Source: Pelomyxa schiedti
Lineage: Eukaryota; Protista; Evosea
Length of the DNA: 64,000 nucleotides
Assembly (NCBI GenBank): GCA_020536535.1
Contig: JAHLWZ010000163.1
Coordinates: 8,325-72,324 of the forward strand
Direction: 5' to 3'
The notes below the pieces were generated by a model, which had not been told where the DNA came from, searched no databases, and worked only from the letters and a program-made list of their open reading frames with translations. Of this stretch, positions 63,186 to 64,000 are shown piece by piece; the first letter of the stretch is position 1; each line of letters begins with the position of its first letter. The position numbers and the translations under genes are program-made.

Positions 63186-63367
63186 GCTGGTGAATTGGGA
63201 GTATGCACAACAATGCTTAAACAGTTGTGCAGAAAGAACGGTATCCAGCGGTGGCCTTACCGCAAGGTATGTTATCCTTTTCGTTTTGTTTTCTCCATTC
63301 TTATTCGTTTCTAGATACAGAGCCTTAACAATAGCATCCATCAACTCGAATGTAAGTTGAGTGGCGT
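63186..63367 (+). repeat. Near-identical copy of the RWP-RK exon-intron-exon segment at 53841-54021
   Basis: About 180 bp identical except one intronic substitution (ttattcttttctag vs ttattcgtttctag); diverges after GAGTGGCG. Confidence 0.9.
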
Positions 63368-63384
63368 AACTACAGATTCGTCGA

Positions 63385-64000
63385 ATGCTCGAAATGTTGC
63401 GTTGCCGAAAGAAGAAACCTTCCCCAAGCAAACCCTCACATCAAAGAAAACGTGATGTCTGGCTTCGTAGACTCGTCTGCCCGGAAAAAACCTTGCAGGT
63501 GATGATGAGGAAAACCCTCAAGGCAACTCCTAACAACAGGTTTTCCTCGTGGAAGTGGTTCCTGTGCAACATCGACCCACAATGCAGTCGCAACAGCTCT
63601 CCGCCTCGTCTCTCAAATGATTCGCCGCCTGACGCCTCGTCGAGTGGTGGAGGCGACGCTGCGAAAAAGACTGGGGAATCTGCCCCCAATCTGTCCAGAT
63701 TCGGGCACAGCTTCACGCACGTCCCTGCGCCCGCCTACGACGTCCGCACGTCGCGCGTGCCAAACAGCGGGGCCTCGTCTGCGCCCAAGTTGGTGCCAGC
63801 GCTCTTGGCCAAGTCGGAGTACTCGGGCTCGTGCGAGACCGGGAACTTGGGGCCCAGCTCGTTGTGGGACTATGGGTCTTATGCAATCATGTTTGGCGGG
63901 TCGTCTCTCCCCATTGTGGGACCCGCGGACCCCGCGTCGTGCGCCACGGGTGGGACAGTGGCTCCACCCGTGGAGTACTTCGACGACTTGTGGCAGATGA
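63385..64000 (+). CDS. Kelch-repeat protein, 5' part (runs off the window; start uncertain)
   Basis: Open frame absent from the ORF track because it has no stop in the window: PNLSRFGHSFTHV...YAIMFGGSS...EYFDDLWQM, matching kelch R.GHS...FGG...DLW. Confidence 0.65.
   Translation, partial: MLEMLRCRKKKPSPSKPSHQRKRDVWLRRLVCPEKTLQVMMRKTLKATPNNRFSSWKWFLCNIDPQCSRNSSPPRLSNDSPPDASSSGGGDAAKKTGESAPNLSRFGHSFTHVPAPAYDVRTSRVPNSGASSAPKLVPALLAKSEYSGSCETGNLGPSSLWDYGSYAIMFGGSSLPIVGPADPASCATGGTVAPPVEYFDDLWQM

Overview
Gene-dense eukaryotic genomic DNA with many short GT-AG introns (mostly about 35-100 nt), standard genetic code and two 100-N scaffold gaps. The gene content (TrfA/Ssn6, MrfA/MYRF, RWP-RK, several Rabs and RhoGEFs) suggests an amoebozoan, possibly an archamoeba such as Pelomyxa; this is inference only. 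I could reconstruct about 28 genes or gene fragments by hand: 3 DH-PH RhoGEFs, 3 Rab-like GTPases, a TBC RabGAP, an F-BAR protein, a STE20 kinase, an SRSF7-like SR protein, proteasome alpha-2, a Cof HAD hydrolase, a SIMPL protein, a bacterial-type PARG, an RRM-TatD fusion plus its tandem pseudogene, a MYRF-like and an RWP-RK transcription factor, 2 ankyrin proteins, a 4x TIGR03067-like protein and others. No tRNA, rRNA, CRISPR array or intact transposon was seen. The standout is at 58287-59303. Inside a small ankyrin-repeat gene, what looks like a 1-kb intron is a regular array of eleven 3-nt (single-codon, phase-0) microexons plus one 6-nt microexon, each in the form AG|NNN|GTATG. They encode exactly the beta-hairpin loop of an ankyrin repeat. 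This is a candidate system for building or diversifying a binding loop codon by codon through splicing. Multi-exon gene boundaries are manual and some are approximate.
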